48,505 bases of DNA. It comes from Octopus bimaculoides (Eukaryota). The translations under genes were made by a program, and so were the position numbers. This document shows positions 48,181 to 48,505 of this stretch, piece after piece. The stretch lies in contig NC_068988.1 in assembly GCF_001194135.2 (NCBI RefSeq), positions 5,182,176 through 5,230,680 of the forward strand. The letters run 5' to 3'. The notes beneath the pieces were generated by a model. It was not told the DNA's origin. It made no database searches and was given only the letters and a program-made list of their open reading frames with translations. Each line of letters opens with the position of its first letter. Position 1 is the first letter of the stretch.

Positions 48181-48505
48181 ATAACAGGCGGCAAAGACAA
48201 GTTCCTATACTTGAAAGACCTAGTAACATGCAATCAAGCAATATGCATGGTGCTTACCGAAACGCATCTAACACCTAATATAGCAGATGCGGAGATAAAT
48301 ATACCAGAGTATGCCGTACTCCGAACAGACAGAAGGGATAGAAGTCATGGGGGAGTTGCAATGTACATCCGAGAAGATGTCACACCCCTACTACTACTAT
48401 CACACTCAAACTCTGTATGTGATACTTTAATAGTACACATAAAACAAATTGATGTAGTTGTATGCTCAACATACCGTCCACCAAATACCGCAAAGCAGGA
48501 AGGTA
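48181..48505 (+). mobile_element. CR1/Jockey-group LINE APE endonuclease, uninterrupted frame running off the window
   Basis: KDKFLYLKDLV...LTETHL...IPEYAVLRTDRRDRSHGGVAMYIRED...STYRPPN, with no stop or frameshift up to the window edge. Confidence 0.88.

Overview
AT-rich eukaryotic, almost entirely non-coding DNA from a gapped assembly: six N-runs, nearly all bounded by microsatellites. The repeat content looks like an octopus genome; this is recognition of its tRNA-derived SINE families from memory, not a database result. No host gene could be identified, only one weak 49-nt exon candidate at 47905-47953. The window holds very dense simple repeats and three tRNA-derived SINE families (called A, B and C here, about 20 copies, some with 14-18 bp target-site duplications, TSDs). 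It also holds decayed fragments of Tx1/L1, R4/Dong, RTE, CR1/Jockey-group and Penelope-like (PLE) retroelements, and a few non-autonomous DNA transposons. Main findings: (1) an intact type I hammerhead ribozyme at 4540-4629 (+), with the full catalytic core, three helices and a palindromic helix III, in a ~130-bp cassette between two microsatellites, plus several decayed hammerhead-like relics near PLE fragments; (2) a 373-bp foldback element with TGT...ACA ends, ~135-bp inverted arms and a 5-bp TSD, which looks Ginger-like, inserted in a SINE (23040-23412); (3) module sharing between SINE families; (4) a co-oriented SINE-Tx1-Dong array ending in (TGA)n; (5) head-to-head and nested SINE arrangements. 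All alignments and folds were done by eye.
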